Origin: Tubulanus polymorphus
Lineage: Eukaryota > Animalia > Nemertea
Direction: 5' to 3'
Assembly (NCBI RefSeq): GCF_964204645.1
Contig: NC_134025.1
Coordinates: 14,570,001 to 14,634,000, forward strand
Length of the DNA stretch: 64,000 nt
The notes below the pieces were generated by a model. That model ran no database searches and had not been told where the DNA came from. It saw nothing but the letters and a program-made list of their open reading frames with translations. The position numbers and the translations under genes are program-made. Shown piece by piece: positions 1 to 14,500 of this stretch. The stretch's first letter is position 1. The number at the start of each line of letters is the position of its first letter.

Positions 1-1787
1 CAAACGCAAATGCTTCTTTATCTTCTTCTGTCATTATAATTTCTATATTTGTATTCAATAATTTACTAAATCTTATTTCATATTCAATTAATAAGTCACA
101 AAAATGATTGATAACATTTTCATTTCTGTAATGATAATATTCACTTTCAATTAGTTCTGGATAATCAGATTTTAAATATAACCCGAAAGCTGCAGCCGAT
201 TGATGAATCTTTTTAATTGTATTTGTTTTTGGTGGTTCATCTGAAAAATCATTTTCTTTAGAATTTAATTTCTTTCTTTTATAATATATTTCTTTTCTAT
301 CTTGATCAGTTAGTTCTTTATTTAATGATTCAAAATCTCCATATATTACAAATGGTGCTTTATTTTTGTAATCATATTTTTTGAATTCTAATATTTTATC
401 TTTTTCATTTGGTAAAACTAATTTACAATAATCATGATTTTCACATAATTGTTTATGATTTAATAATGCACTTTCAGTTCTGAATTTATGTAAACATTTT
501 CTACATAGATATATTTTATTATCAAAATCATTTTCTGATTTAAAAAATAAATCAATTCTTTTAATCCACATATAATGATTCTCATAATATAATATATCTA
601 TAACACCATTTGAATCATAATCTTTTGATAGGTATAAAGGTTCTAATGTATAATGTTTTATATTGTTACCTTTTGTATTTGGTAATTTGATTAAATCAAA
701 TACATTTATCTTTATATTATTATCTCTTTCTATTTTTGGGATGTTTTTAATTCTAACAGGATACTTATCTATCTTATAATTATTTGCAAATGGTTAATAA
801 TGAGTTAATCTAAAACTATGTGTAATATCTTCTGTTGGGTGTAAACAACTTATAATTGTCCATAGAAAACATTTATCATCAAAATTTTGTACATTTATTA
901 CAGCATTAGTTTTAAATGGTAGTTTAATATAACTCGATGCTTCAATATCTGGTTCTTTATAATGATACATTATTTTCATCAATTGGTTTTGATTTAGTTA
1001 ACTTATTAAATTTTGTGTTATAAACATGTTAAGTCATAAATATTATTTCATCAAATATTAAACCAGATCCTTCTAAATATTTCTCTTCTATTTTAGTTTT
1101 TACTTCATTATAACATTTATCTAATTTATCATCTATATGTTGTTTTGATATAATATGTTGTGAATGAGAATTTAGATTATATATTGGTTTATCTTCAGAT
1201 TTTATGAATTTAACTTTAGAAGATATACTAATTTTAGGGTATTCAACATCAGTTATTATTTTTATTATTTCTTTCATATTTTCTAAATGTTTTTTATTTT
1301 CTTCTAATGTTTTTCCTTTATGAAATTTAAACTCGATAGCTGCTGGGCCAATATCACTTTTAAATGCTTCGGTTATCTCTATATCTTTTTTATTATCTAA
1401 TGAATTAATGTAATTTCTTACATCTTCCATGTATGGTCTTTTATTGTTTAATTTATTTTTTATGCTTTTAATTGTCTTCTGTTTCTTATCATTATCTTTA
1501 TCAAAATAATCTTCACCTAAAATATCATTATTCTTATTTCTAATATGACTTTTAGATTTTAAATTTTCTTTATAATATCTTTTATCACTGAATGATTGAT
1601 TACATGTATCACATTTATATTTTTCTTTTTCATTCTTTAATTCATCTAATTTAGTTTCTAATATATCATCTTTATATTCTAGTTTCAATTTATTCTCTAA
1701 ATGTGTTTTAATTTTATTGTGTCTTGCTTTTTGGGATTTATATAGATTGATATTACATGTTGGACAGTAGTACTTATTTGCTTCCAT
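1..1787 (-). pseudogene. Protein-primed DNA polymerase B (pPolB), N-terminal part, disrupted
   Basis: ORFs 1029-1787 and 794-982 show C2H2-like fingers (YCPTC..H, KCDTC..H), EGSG and VINVQNFDDKCFLW. Further 3' on the minus strand is exonuclease-I-like VIYGDFES. Split by stops/frameshifts. Confidence 0.9.
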
Positions 1788-1866
1788 TTTAATATCAAAT
1801 TTTTTATTAAAATTGATTTTAGAAGTTATTCATTTTTATTTTATTCATATATATGAATATTTTAAG

Positions 1867-2018
1867 AGTAATAGGGAATAAGTTGTTTCATATCAAAGGT
1901 TGAAGGGGCGAGTGAGTAAAAAATAAAAAATAAATTCGAGTTTGCGAGAATTTATTTTTTATTTTTTATGAGCTCGACCCTTCGACCTTTGGTATGAAAC
2001 AACTTATTCCCTATTACT
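1867..2018. repeat. 152-bp near-perfect palindrome (AGTAAT...ATTACT) at the end of Polinton copy 1
   Basis: agtaatagggaataagttgtttcata...aaataaattc / ~10-nt loop / gaatttattt...tatgaaacaacttattccctattact. Confidence 0.9.
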
Positions 2019-3904
2019 GATATAGCGCTCTATGGCCCACGCTCAATTCATAAACTGGTCCGCAAATAAAGTGTTTAGAAGTATAATTGACACGTTTGTA
2101 CGATTTTGCGCTGTAAATTTATCATTTTTCAGGACTCAAGGACCAGAAATTGGCAATATTTTTGATACAAACTGAGAAAGTATCAAAACATTTGGGAACG
2201 TGTTTTCCATGGTATAGTATATGGGAGGAAAAAACAGTAATTAGATTATTTACATAAAGGCTAATAAAAGCATTTAAATCTCAATAAACTGGACTCACTC
2301 CAGAGAGATTGCGACAGTCACCGCAGAGATTCAGAATTACGATTTAGACCGGACCTGGTACCAGTTTCTGACCACACACGATTTTGACCGGTCATAAATT
2401 TGGACCCGACTTGGTTCGCTCTTTTAGACCGTGCCAGGTACTTTTGCCCGTATGAACGCTTGGTCCGGTCTAAATTGGACCAGACCAAATTTAGACCGGC
2501 CTAAATTTCGACGTGTGAATGCGCCATATAACGCAAACTAAGCGAGTTATTTGGTTATGACGCGACAGGATAATCGGTTCACGTGCATCGCGAGACAAAT
2601 AATCCGCATGTATTAATCGACCATTTAATTCGCACGTAGGTTGATACGCCATTTTCATCGATTTTCGGATTCAACTTCAATATTTTACTGCTTGTCGCTA
2701 CGGATTTGAACTTTTCCAAGATGTTATTTCGTGACTGAACACATCGCGTTGTGTTTTTCGAATCTACTAATTTTCTACAGCGTTTAGCTCCGAGACAAGT
2801 AAATGACGCATTGGCAATTTTTGAACTGAATTATTCAATTCGACACGTTTTTAAAATTGGTTTCAGCAACCTTCAACACGGAATGACGGTCACCACATGA
2901 CAACGCAACCACCCAAATTTTCCAGTGATTAAGCCGACTTGGTCAAAAAGCTGAGGGCAGTTTTTTAGCCTAAAATACATGGTTATCATAAAGAAATTGA
3001 CAAATTGAGTGAATTAAAATCTCCTGATGAAGGGCCTCCCGCCTTTGTTTTTTTTTTAAATAAAAATCAAGACAAATATTGGCTATGATTTTTTTTCTAA
3101 ATATATAAATAAATACCGCCTTGGAAGACCCGCTACGAACCCTGTCTAGAATCACCAGCTCCAGTCGCGGTAGTCAATTTGATCAAATGCTGCCGTTTTC
3201 CCTTTTAAATGTGACGCAATACTTCTTCCGGAACATCCCCCACGAAGTCTCGAACTCTAACGTAATTTTTTGACGCCTTATAAAACGTTACTATTATGAA
3301 ACCTAAACAATGTTAACCATTCAGTGTCATTTTACAAACGACAACCGTAAATCGATGTGCAAAACGTCACAGGTCTATGCGTACACATACAAGCTATTTG
3401 GCAAAATATTACTGACTAAGATGTAGAATGGCTTCCTGTGATTATATAATGACCTCTATTTGAACGTCGTAATATTATATTGCATTGAGTATCATTAGAA
3501 TACGTATTGTTATAGTAAAGGATGTATGATTATATCAGGAGCGGCAGGCATATATAGAAATGATTAGTAAATCGGATTAATCGGTTAAATGGCGGATGTA
3601 TACACGATTTGGAAGTCTGATATAAAAGTCTGACCCTAACATGGGGATGCTGGTGGAATGACGAAGCTATCTACGATCTGTGTAGGGCCAGCGTGAATTT
3701 CATCGGCGGCTACAAGCGGTCTATATAAAAGTCAGATTCGGTTAAAAAGACACTTTCTAGAATCCACAGTCATATACGTGTTTATGAAAGGGGCGTCCTC
3801 CGGGGCGCAATCGGCGCCCTCTATTAAATAATATATGTAATGATGATGATATAGTTAATTATCTATCATCAAGATCATGTGAATGACGCTTTATTCCTAA
3901 GAGA

Positions 3905-4485
3905 GCTAATTCGGGGGTCTATGGGAAAGGTTAATTGGAATGACGAAACGGCTACTGAGAAAAGTTCTACATCGTAACAAACTCGATCGAGACGAACTTG
4001 CAACAATGGTGACCGAAATCGAAGCGGTGTTAAATGATAGGCCGTTGACGTACGTGTCCAGTGATATAGACGCCCAGATCCGATAACACCGTCCCAATTG
4101 TTCCAGGGACGTCGTATTCGTACCGTATTCCGTCGTAAACATCGATGATCTGTGCGATCCGAGTTTACAGAGACCGCTACTCAATACAGAGCTAAGCACC
4201 GAGCTCACCTGTTTCAGCATTTCGTGAAAAGATGGCAGCATGGGTATCTTACAGCTTTACGCGAGACTCAAGTTAATTTCGGAAGTCGGCGTTCAAACGT
4301 TCGCGTTGGAGACATCGTCCTAATTCATAATGATGGACTGCGAGTCGACTGGAGGCTTAGGAGAGTCACCGGTTTGAATTTTTGCCGGGACAACGTCGTG
4401 CGTTCAGCGTTACTTAAAACCGCAACAGGAACGACTAGTAGACCGTTAACAAAGCTCTATCCGCTAGAGGTAAATTGCGGTGGTG
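3905..4485 (+). pseudogene. Bel/Pao LTR retrotransposon integrase C-terminal fragment (DUF5641-like)
   Basis: Translates to GGLWERLIGMTKRLLRK..EIEAVLNDRPLTYVS, then after a frameshift FVKRWQHGYLTALRE..VGDIVLI..DNVVRSALLKT..RPLTKLYPLEV. Confidence 0.85.
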
Positions 4486-4640
4486 AATCAACAACAGTCG
4501 AACGTGGTCCAGTTTTCATCTTGTGTATATTTTTTCCTCTTTTCTAGGGCTGCTTTCTTGTATAAGCTAAATGTTGCTTCAAAGCAGTCCCTCATTCATT
4601 TAATATTACTTCATCTTTAATGTATTTCCTTACTCATTAA

Positions 4641-5093
4641 TTAGGGTTTTCTGTTACATCACAGAAAACCCTATTGAGATTCGCGTGTTTCTTATTATTA
4701 GGGTTTTCTGTTACATCACAGAAAACCCTATTGAGATTCGTGTGTTTCTTATTATTATTAGGGTTTTCTGTTACATCACAGAAAACCCTATTGAGATTCG
4801 CGTGTTTCTTATTAGGGTTTTCTGTTACATCACAGAAAACCCTATTGAGATTCGCGTGTTTCTTATTATTATTATTATTATTATAAGGGTTTTCTGTTAT
4901 TTCACAGAAAACCCTATTGATATCCGCGTGATTATTAGGGTTTTCTGTTACATCACAGAAAACCCTATTGAGATTCGCGTGTTTCTTATTATTATTTGGG
5001 TTTCTGCTGCCTTCGCAGAAACCCTATTGTATTCCTGCTGATTATTATTAGGGTTTCTGCTGCCTTCGCAGAAACCCTATTGTATTCCTGCTG

Positions 5094-5131
<38 letters not shown>

Positions 5132-5140
5132 CATTATTAT
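4641..5140 (+). repeat. Stack of eight Helentron/HINE-type 5' termini (hairpin plus (ATT)n tract)
   Basis: Units at ~4641, 4698, 4758, 4812 and 4935 (tagggttttctg-ttacatca-cagaaaacccta), 4886 (ttatttca loop variant), and 4997 and 5048 (gggtttctgc-tgccttc-gcagaaaccc). Each is followed by (att)n. Confidence 0.8.
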
Positions 5141-6559
5141 TATATTCTTTTTCACACTGGATCTTACTGAAAGGATATAAACAACTGCAACTTACTTTCA
5201 CTGTCGGTGAAACCATTCTGTATCACAAGTGCTACGCTGCATTGACAAATACTGTACGTGATATTAATCAGAATTGCACTGTTTACTCACTGTGAGCATC
5301 TAAACATCGAAATTTAAGCCCGATTCAAACAGTATCCATCTACGTATGTGTATTGCCTACGTGTCATTCCCACAGCGCGTCAGTGCGTCTGTTTGTGTCA
5401 GTGTCCCTATAAGTAGTGATAGAGCGTGTGTACTAGATCTGTAGTTTTTTAGTATCTTTATAAATATGTGGCGCACTGAATGGGGTCAGTCTCGAGTGAA
5501 CGCAACTGAGGAATTTGTGTGCCACATAGGCCTATACAAGCAATAGCATCCTTGCTGTAACTTCCCTGGATAGAGCTAATGAATGCAGCTACGGTATCTA
5601 TACGCGAGAGCCTGGATGGCTATATTCTGTTAGCATTACAATATTCCTCGACGGATTTACTTGAAACTTTCGTGAGATGTACGGATCACAGGTACCTTGA
5701 GGTAAGTCGAAGGGATCTTTGATTGGGGTCCCCGTTCACCCACCAGGGGCGTTTTACTTTTGAAAATTCTGACATCGAAAAGTTACTGTGTGAGAAAAAT
5801 TTTTGTCTTTGACTTTTCAGCTTCGGCCGGGCACGAAAGTTGTTCATAACAGCCTGGAGGCTAAAAAAGTCAGTGGCACGCCCTATCTGCGATTAACCGT
5901 TTGGGCTCTACGGGCTCGAAAATGGGCCACCAAATTTTTCAAAGAGATTTTTGCTCCTAGCTCCTTAACCGGTGGAGATAGAATTGTGGTTGCAACGAGT
6001 GACCAGTAGCCCTTGCGAAGACGCTTGTATTGATGTATGGTATAACTATGTAGCTCATATGGTTCGCCAGTAGCGCCACCTATAAGACGCTGGAATACGC
6101 ATTTTCATCTATATCGACTAAGGGTATCAATGGATTTCTATAAAAATTGATACACATGTACCTGGTTACTAAACGAAACGAACCCCTTATATGATTAGTT
6201 CCCATTTTAACCACTAGGGGGGCGTAAATTTTGAAAAATCGATTTCAGCATCCATTTTTCGCATTTAATGCGGTCTGTTCATTGTGAAAATCACAAAACT
6301 TGGTATAAGTACAAAGACATATGTGTAATATGCCATCCTACATAAATAGTTCATACAACTGCCACCAGGGGACTGTGAAAACAACGATTTTTGCTCCTAG
6401 GTCCTTAACCGTTGGCGATTTCCCCTAACCTTGGTACATTAGAACTTTTCGCGTAGTATCCCATGTGAATCAACATAGCCATGTTATCAGCTGACCCCTT
6501 GGTGGCGCTCCTCATCCAGCAAGGCAGAAACCCGTTATCGCTGCTTTGCAGCTATATTT
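5048..6559 (+). mobile_element. Non-autonomous Helentron-like element (HINE/DINE-1 type), family A, complete
   Basis: 5' subTIR hairpin gggtttctgc..gcagaaaccc, then (att)n; 3' subTIR gcagaaaccc followed by stem-loop gctgc-ttt-gcagc and tatattt. No coding capacity. Confidence 0.75.
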
Positions 6560-8065
<1,506 letters not shown>

Positions 8066-10723
8066 TTTTTACCAAAAGAACATAGGCTTTGTTACCTTAC
8101 CGCTGTTTCATATACAATCCATATAATATCGTTCAGCTCACTGAGATCTACAAATAGCCCGCGTGTTTTTTCACGAATCATCGTTACAAAAGCGCTGTCG
8201 GGCCGTAAACATCGAAAATTTAGCCCCATTCAATGGGGCGACATGTTTTTCGAGTCGTCATCCCGAAATCAACCCGCAGGCGGACTGTAACTTCGATTAT
8301 CAATTCAAGTATAAATGAACTAATTTATTGCCGCAGACTTCACATTCAGTCGCGGTCTTCAAACAGTGATTTTAACAATAGCCCATTTTCCTCATCAGAT
8401 CATATTACCGATACACTGGAAATTTACTACTTTAGATTTTAAAAGCACTGTCGAGCCGTTAACATCGACGGATCGACGTGTGTTACTACATCGTCGTTCC
8501 GGGGATCAGCTGCGAGTTTCTCCTCATCATGAGAATCAAATCGAGTACAAATTAATTTATTACTACCAGTGATTTGGCTGCGGGTTTCAAGGAGTTAGTT
8601 TAACAATACCTATTTTTCTTTACCGAATTAACCGTGTATTTACTAAGATAAATCTTTAGTGTACCGGGGAATCGTAGGCCTAAACTAAACACGCCGAAGA
8701 GATATAGCGGAGAAAAGCTGTTATGTCGACGAGGTATCAAAATAAAAGAATATATTACTTTATTCGGCCGCGGGCTTCAAACTCTATATCAATACCATCA
8801 ATACTCTATATTTCCTACAGTACATACCGATCATTGTCAAATGCACAAGGTATTTACTAAAAACAAGTATATAACACACTCCTTTCCGTATGCTGGACTA
8901 ACACTTGACATTCGGAGTAAGCGTTCGCTGTGGGAGAAAGGAGATCGTTCGCTGTGTCGCTTGAAGTGTTTATCGAGTTTTACGCGGCTTTAGGCCTACC
9001 GGTACTGAGCTTTACTAAACAAACACAGTATAATTGTTGCGTTTATTAACGGACTCATTGGATTGAACTTCAAAACAAAATTTACGATATTTAGGTGGGT
9101 TGTTATTCAATAGGCCTACGACCAATCTGTCCAGATTTTAGGCCTACGCATACACATAGGCCTACATAGGCTAGTAGCCTCTACTAGGTTAAAGCTAAGT
9201 TCACTGTAAAGGAGGAATCAAGATTTATTAAAATGCATGTTAATTAGTGATTAACTGGTTGTGACTTGCAACGATCAATCACAATTATCAATTTTATTGC
9301 CAAAAATGAAGATTTTTTTGAAAATTTCGTCTGAGCAGACAGCTTTATAAGCCAGACTTTTCATTAGAGTTTTTTCATCATAAATGAAACTGGTATTCCA
9401 TTAATTTCTTATGATTTAAGCAGGGCGTAGGTCGGCCTTGCGACGGCTTGTGATTCACTGCGACGCCTATCACTGCGACCGCCAGCGACGATTGTGTCGC
9501 AACGACTCATCGACCTACGCTCCCTTGCGACGGGTTGCGACTTTCAGCAACGCCAGTCACAAGGAGTCACACGTGTTCTACTTTCTGCGACGCGACACGA
9601 CTGTCACAACCAACCGACGCGCTCTTGCGACTGGCAGAAACTAGTCGCACACAGTCGCTGACAATCGTATCGCAACCGACTTGCACCGAAACTTGCGATG
9701 CAACGCGAGGATCGCATCGCGTCACAAGGCTGACCTACGTCCGGCTTTAAGTTACTGCGGAGCCACAGAAATTTCTTTTTTTTTCGTTCAAAAGACCTTC
9801 GCTTGAAAATTCTTTTGTCGGAACAAAATTTATTTCGTCCCAACCAATAATATTCTGTTCGATTGAACCAATTCGAAAAAAACGTTAGAACAAAGTTGAA
9901 CAAACTTTTTTTGTCCAAACGAAAGGTTTTTTGTTCGAACAATTGTTCGATTGAACAGAATCGTTTGAATTTTCTTTTCAGAACATTAATTTTTTTGTTC
10001 GAACAAGTATATTGTAAAAAGTTTTTTCTCCGAATTAAAAGTATTAAGTATTTCGTTCAACCGAACAGAATTGTTTTCATTCAAACATTCGTTCGAAAAA
10101 ATTGTTTTCGCTCAACCAAATTTTTTTGCCGGGACAAAAAGTTTTTCATTTCAACAATAACAAAGCTTTCAGAATGAAGAAAAGTTTTGGTTCAAACAAA
10201 AAGCGTACAAGATTTTCTTGTCGGATCATTAAGTTTTTTGGTCGATCAGCGTGTTAAGGTCGTTTTGGAAATTTACTCGGTCTGGTATATTTTGGATTAC
10301 TGTGTATGTCATTTGTCAGGACATTAAACAGAAGACGACTTAGGATACTACCTTGCGTGACTCGACTAGTTAGACCGACTTAATCCAAGATGAAGCGTTC
10401 CGTTGATTTCGGCTACAAGTTTTCGTTCAGAGATAATGCTGAGCCATTTCGGCAACCTATCATTGATACGTTTTCCTAATAGCCTTGTTTAGTAATGGCT
10501 GATGTTGTACCTTATTAAATGCTTTGTCGAAATCATAAAGAGTAATTATCGCCTAACAGTCGATTTTCCAGAGTCAAATAGGACATCTGGTTCAGTTGTC
10601 CATGGTTTCAAGAAGGTCTAATTGACTGTTTGTCGAGCTTCCTCTTATAAAACTGTATTAACCATTGAACAGGATTCAAAGACTGTGCAGAAAACACGTT
10701 ATCGCTGCTTTGCAGTTATATTT
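8066..10723 (+). mobile_element. HINE-like family C body with degenerate central repeats and 3' end
   Basis: 8066-8990 matches 10803-11268 and 19752-20665. The 3' end gtgcagaaaacacgttatcgctgctttgcagttatattt lies at 10685-10723. Confidence 0.75.
9419..9746. mobile_element. MITE, PIF/Harbinger-like
   Basis: ~27-bp TIRs (agcagggcgtaggtcggccttgcgacg / cgtcacaaggctgacctacgtccggct), TTA target duplication (9416-9418, 9747-9749), internal tgcgac/gtcgca repeats. Confidence 0.8.
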
Positions 10724-11576
10724 ATTAGGGTTTTCTGTTATTTCACAGAAAACCCTATTGATATCCGCGTGATTATTATTATTATTATTTTCTTCCACAC
10801 TATTTTTACCAAAAGAACATAGGCTTTGTTACCTTACCGCTGTTTCATATACAATCCATATAATATCGTTCAGCTCACTGAGATCTACAAATAGCCCGCG
10901 TGTTTTTTCACGAATCATCGTTACAAAAGCGCTGTCGGGCCGTAAACATCGAAAATTTAGCCCCATTCAATGGGGCGACATGTTTTTCGAGTCGTCATCC
11001 CGAAATCAACCCGCAGGCCGACTGTCACTTCGATTATCAATTCAAGTATAAATGAACTAATTTATTGCCGCAGACTTCACATTCAGTCGCGGTCTTCAAA
11101 CAGTGATTTTAACAATAGCCCATTTTCCTCATCAAATCATATTACCGATACACTGGAAATTTACTACTTTAGATTTTAAAAGCACTGTCGAGCCGTAAAC
11201 ATCGACGAATCGACGTGTGTTACTACATCGTCGTTCCGGGGATCAGCTGCGAGTTTCTCCTCATCATGAACCTACGTGAAGTGAGCCTGTTATTCCAGCC
11301 TCGTATTCAGATATAGTGTGTACACACTGTACAGCTGCCTGTAGATACTGGTTGACATGAAATGTATAACTTAGCATGACGGAGCGATGATAACTAACGT
11401 TAACGTTAGTATATAGCATCGGATACTGATACTCAAATTTCTCTGAAACAAAAACTCCAGGTTTCGTAAAAACTGAGTATATTACTGAGTAGGCTCGATT
11501 GTTCAAGTAGATATATAAAGTAAATGTCTGTGCATCGATTTGTTCAGGTATTATTTCAACTCACGATTGCATCATT

Positions 11577-14500
11577 CCGCGACAATTCATTATTTTGGTT
11601 TTATCGCCCGCGACAATTCATTATTTTGGCTTTGTCGCCCGAGACCATTCATTATTTTGGTTTTATCGCCCGCGTCAATTCATTATTTTGGTTTTGTCGC
11701 CCGCGACAATTCATTATTTTGATATTGTCGCCCGCGACGATTCAATATCTTGTTTTTGTCGCCCGAGACAATTCATTATTTTGGCTTTGTCGCCCGAGAC
11801 CATTCATTATTTTGGTTTTATCGCCCGCGTCAATTCATTAGTTTGGTTTTGTCGCCCGCGACAATTCATTATTTTGATATTGTCGCCCGCGACGATTCAA
11901 TATCTTGTTTTTGTCGCCCGCGACAATTCATTATTTTGGTTTTGTCGCCCGCGACAATTCAATATTTTCGTTTTGTCGCCCGCGAAAATTCAATATTTTG
12001 GTTTAATTGCTCACGACAATTCACTACTTTGTTTCATCACCAGCGACAATTCAATATTTTGGTTTTGTCGCCCGCGACAATTCATTATTTTGGTTTTGTC
12101 GCCCGAGACAATTCATCATTTTGATTTCGTCGCCGGCGACAATTCATTATTTTGGTTTTGTCGCCCGCGACAATTCGTTTTTTGGTTTTGTCGCCCGCGA
12201 CAATTCATTAGTTTGGTTTTGTCGCCCGCGACAATTCAATATTTTGGTTTTGTCGCCCACGAAAATTCAATATTTTGGTTTAATTGCTCGCGACAATTCA
12301 CTACTTTGGTTTCATCGCCAGCGACAATTCATTATTTTGGTTTTGTCGACCGCGACAATTCTTCTTTTTGGTTTTGTCGCCCGCGACAATTCAATATTTT
12401 GGTTTTGTCGCCCGCGAAAATTCAATATTTTGGTTTAATTGCTCACGACAATTCACTACTTTGGTTTCATCGCCAGCGACAATTCATTATTTTGGTTTTG
12501 TCGACCGCGACAATTCTTCTTTTTGGTTTTGTCGCCCGCGACAATTCATTATTTTGGTTTTATATTTTGTATTAGTCGCCCGCGACAATTTTTTTTTTTG
12601 GTTTTGTCGCTCGCGACAATTCAATATTTTGGTTTTGTCGCCCGCGACAATTCATTATTTTGGTTTTGTCGCCCGAGACAATTCATCATTTTGGTTTCAT
12701 CGCCGGTGACAATTCATTATTTTGGTTTTGTCGCCCGAGACAATTCATCATTTTGGTTTCATCGCCGGCGACAATTCATTATTTTGGTTTTGTCGCCCGC
12801 GACAATTCTTTTTTTGGTTTTGTCGCCCGCGACAATTCATTAGTTTGGTTTTGTCGCCCGCGACAATTCATTATTTTGGTTTTGTCGCCCGCGACAATTC
12901 AATATTTTGGTTTTGTCGCCCGCGAAAATTCAATATTTTGGTTTAATTGCTCACGACAATTCACTACTTTGGTTTCATCGCCAGCGACAATTCATTATTT
13001 TGGTTTTATATTTTGTATTAGTCGCCCGCGACAATTTTTTTTTTGGTTTTGTCGCCCGCGACAATTCAATATTTTGGTTTTGTCGCCCGCGACAATTCAT
13101 TATTTTGGTTTTGTCGCCCAAGACAATTCATCATTTTGGTTTCATCGCCGGCGACAATTCTTTTTTTGGTTTTGTCGCCCGCGACAATTCATTAGTTTGG
13201 TTTTGTCGCCCGCGACAATTCATTAGTTTGGTTTTGTCGCCCGCGACAATTCATTATTTTGGTTTTGTCGCCCGCGACAATTCAATATTTTGGTTTTGTC
13301 ACCCGCGAAAATTCAATATTTTGGTTTAATTGCTCACGACAATTCACTATTTTGGTTTCATCGCCAGCGACAATTCATTATTTTGGTTTTGTCGCCCGCG
13401 ACAATTCATTATTTTGGTTTTATATTTTGTATTAGTCGCCCGCGACAATTCAATATTTTGGTTTTGTCGCCCGCGACAATTCATTATTTTGGTTTTGTCG
13501 CCCGAGACAATTCATCATTTTGGTTTCATCGCCGGCGACAATTCTTTTTTTGGTTTTGTCGCCCGCGACAATTCATTAGTTTGGTTTTGTCGCCCGCGAC
13601 AATTCATTATTTTGGTTTTGTCGCCCGCGACAATTCAATATTTTGGTTTTGTCACCCGCGAAAATTCAATATTTTGGTTTAATTGCTCACGACAATTCAC
13701 TATTTTGGTTTCATCGCCAGCGACAATTCATTATTTTGGTTTTGTCGACCGCGACAATTCTTCTTTTTGGTTTTGTCGCCCGGGACAATTCATTAGTCTG
13801 GTTTTATTGCCTGCGACAATTCAATATTTTGGTTTTGTCGCCCGCGACAATTCAATATTTTGGTTTTGTCGCTTGCGACAATTCATTACTTTGGTTTTAT
13901 CTCCAGCGACAATTCATTATTTTGGTTTTATATTTTGTTTTAGTCGCCCGCGACAATTTTTTTCTGGTTTTGTCGCCCGCGACAATTCAATATTTTGGTA
14001 TTGTCTCCAGCGACAATTCATTATTTTGGTTTTGTCGGCCGCGAAAATTCTTCTTTTTGGTTTTGTCGCCCGCGACAATTCATTATTTTGGTTTTATATT
14101 TTGTTTTAGTCGCCCGCGACAATTTTTTTTTGGTTTTGTCGCCCGCGACAATTCAATATTTTGGTATTGTCGCCAGCGACAATTCATTATTTTGGTTTAA
14201 TCGCACGCGACAATTCAATATTTTGGTTTTATCGCCCGCGATAATTCATTATTTTGGTTTTATCGCCCGCGACAATTCATTATTTTGGTTTTGTCGCCCG
14301 AGACAATTCATTAGTTTGGTTTTGTCGCCCACGACAATTCAATATTTTGGTTTTATCGCCCACGACAATTCATTACTTTGGTTTTATCTCCAGCGACAAT
14401 TCATTATTTTGGTTTTGTCGCCCGCGACAATTCTTCTTTTGGTTTTGACGCCCGCGACAATTCATCATTTTGGTTTTATAATTTGTTTTTGTCGCCCGCG

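Larger units (their letters stand above)
1..2018 (-). mobile_element. Polinton/Maverick copy 1, pPolB-proximal end (continues left of window)
   Basis: 1-1826 is nearly identical to ~47968-49780 of the full element. It shares 'atattttaagagtaataggg' with the TIR, then ends in a 152-bp palindrome (1867-2018). Confidence 0.9.

Noticed and set aside
2330-2526. Possible MITE with gaccgg/ccggtc repeats ending cgtgtgaatgcgcc
   Set aside because: Only one plausible terminus is visible; no partner TIR or TSD could be identified.
4641-5060. TTAGGG telomeric motif
   Set aside because: One occurrence per unit as part of the hairpin, not tandem telomeric repeats.
4641-5140. CRISPR-like array of palindromic repeats
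   Set aside because: No unique spacers and no cas genes in a eukaryotic context; the units match HINE 5' termini (cf. 10726).
8233-8442. Recurrent 69-aa ORF (also 10970, 19920, 29749)
   Set aside because: Recurs only because it lies in a repeated non-coding element; no protein motif, and not preserved in the diverged copy at ~51160.
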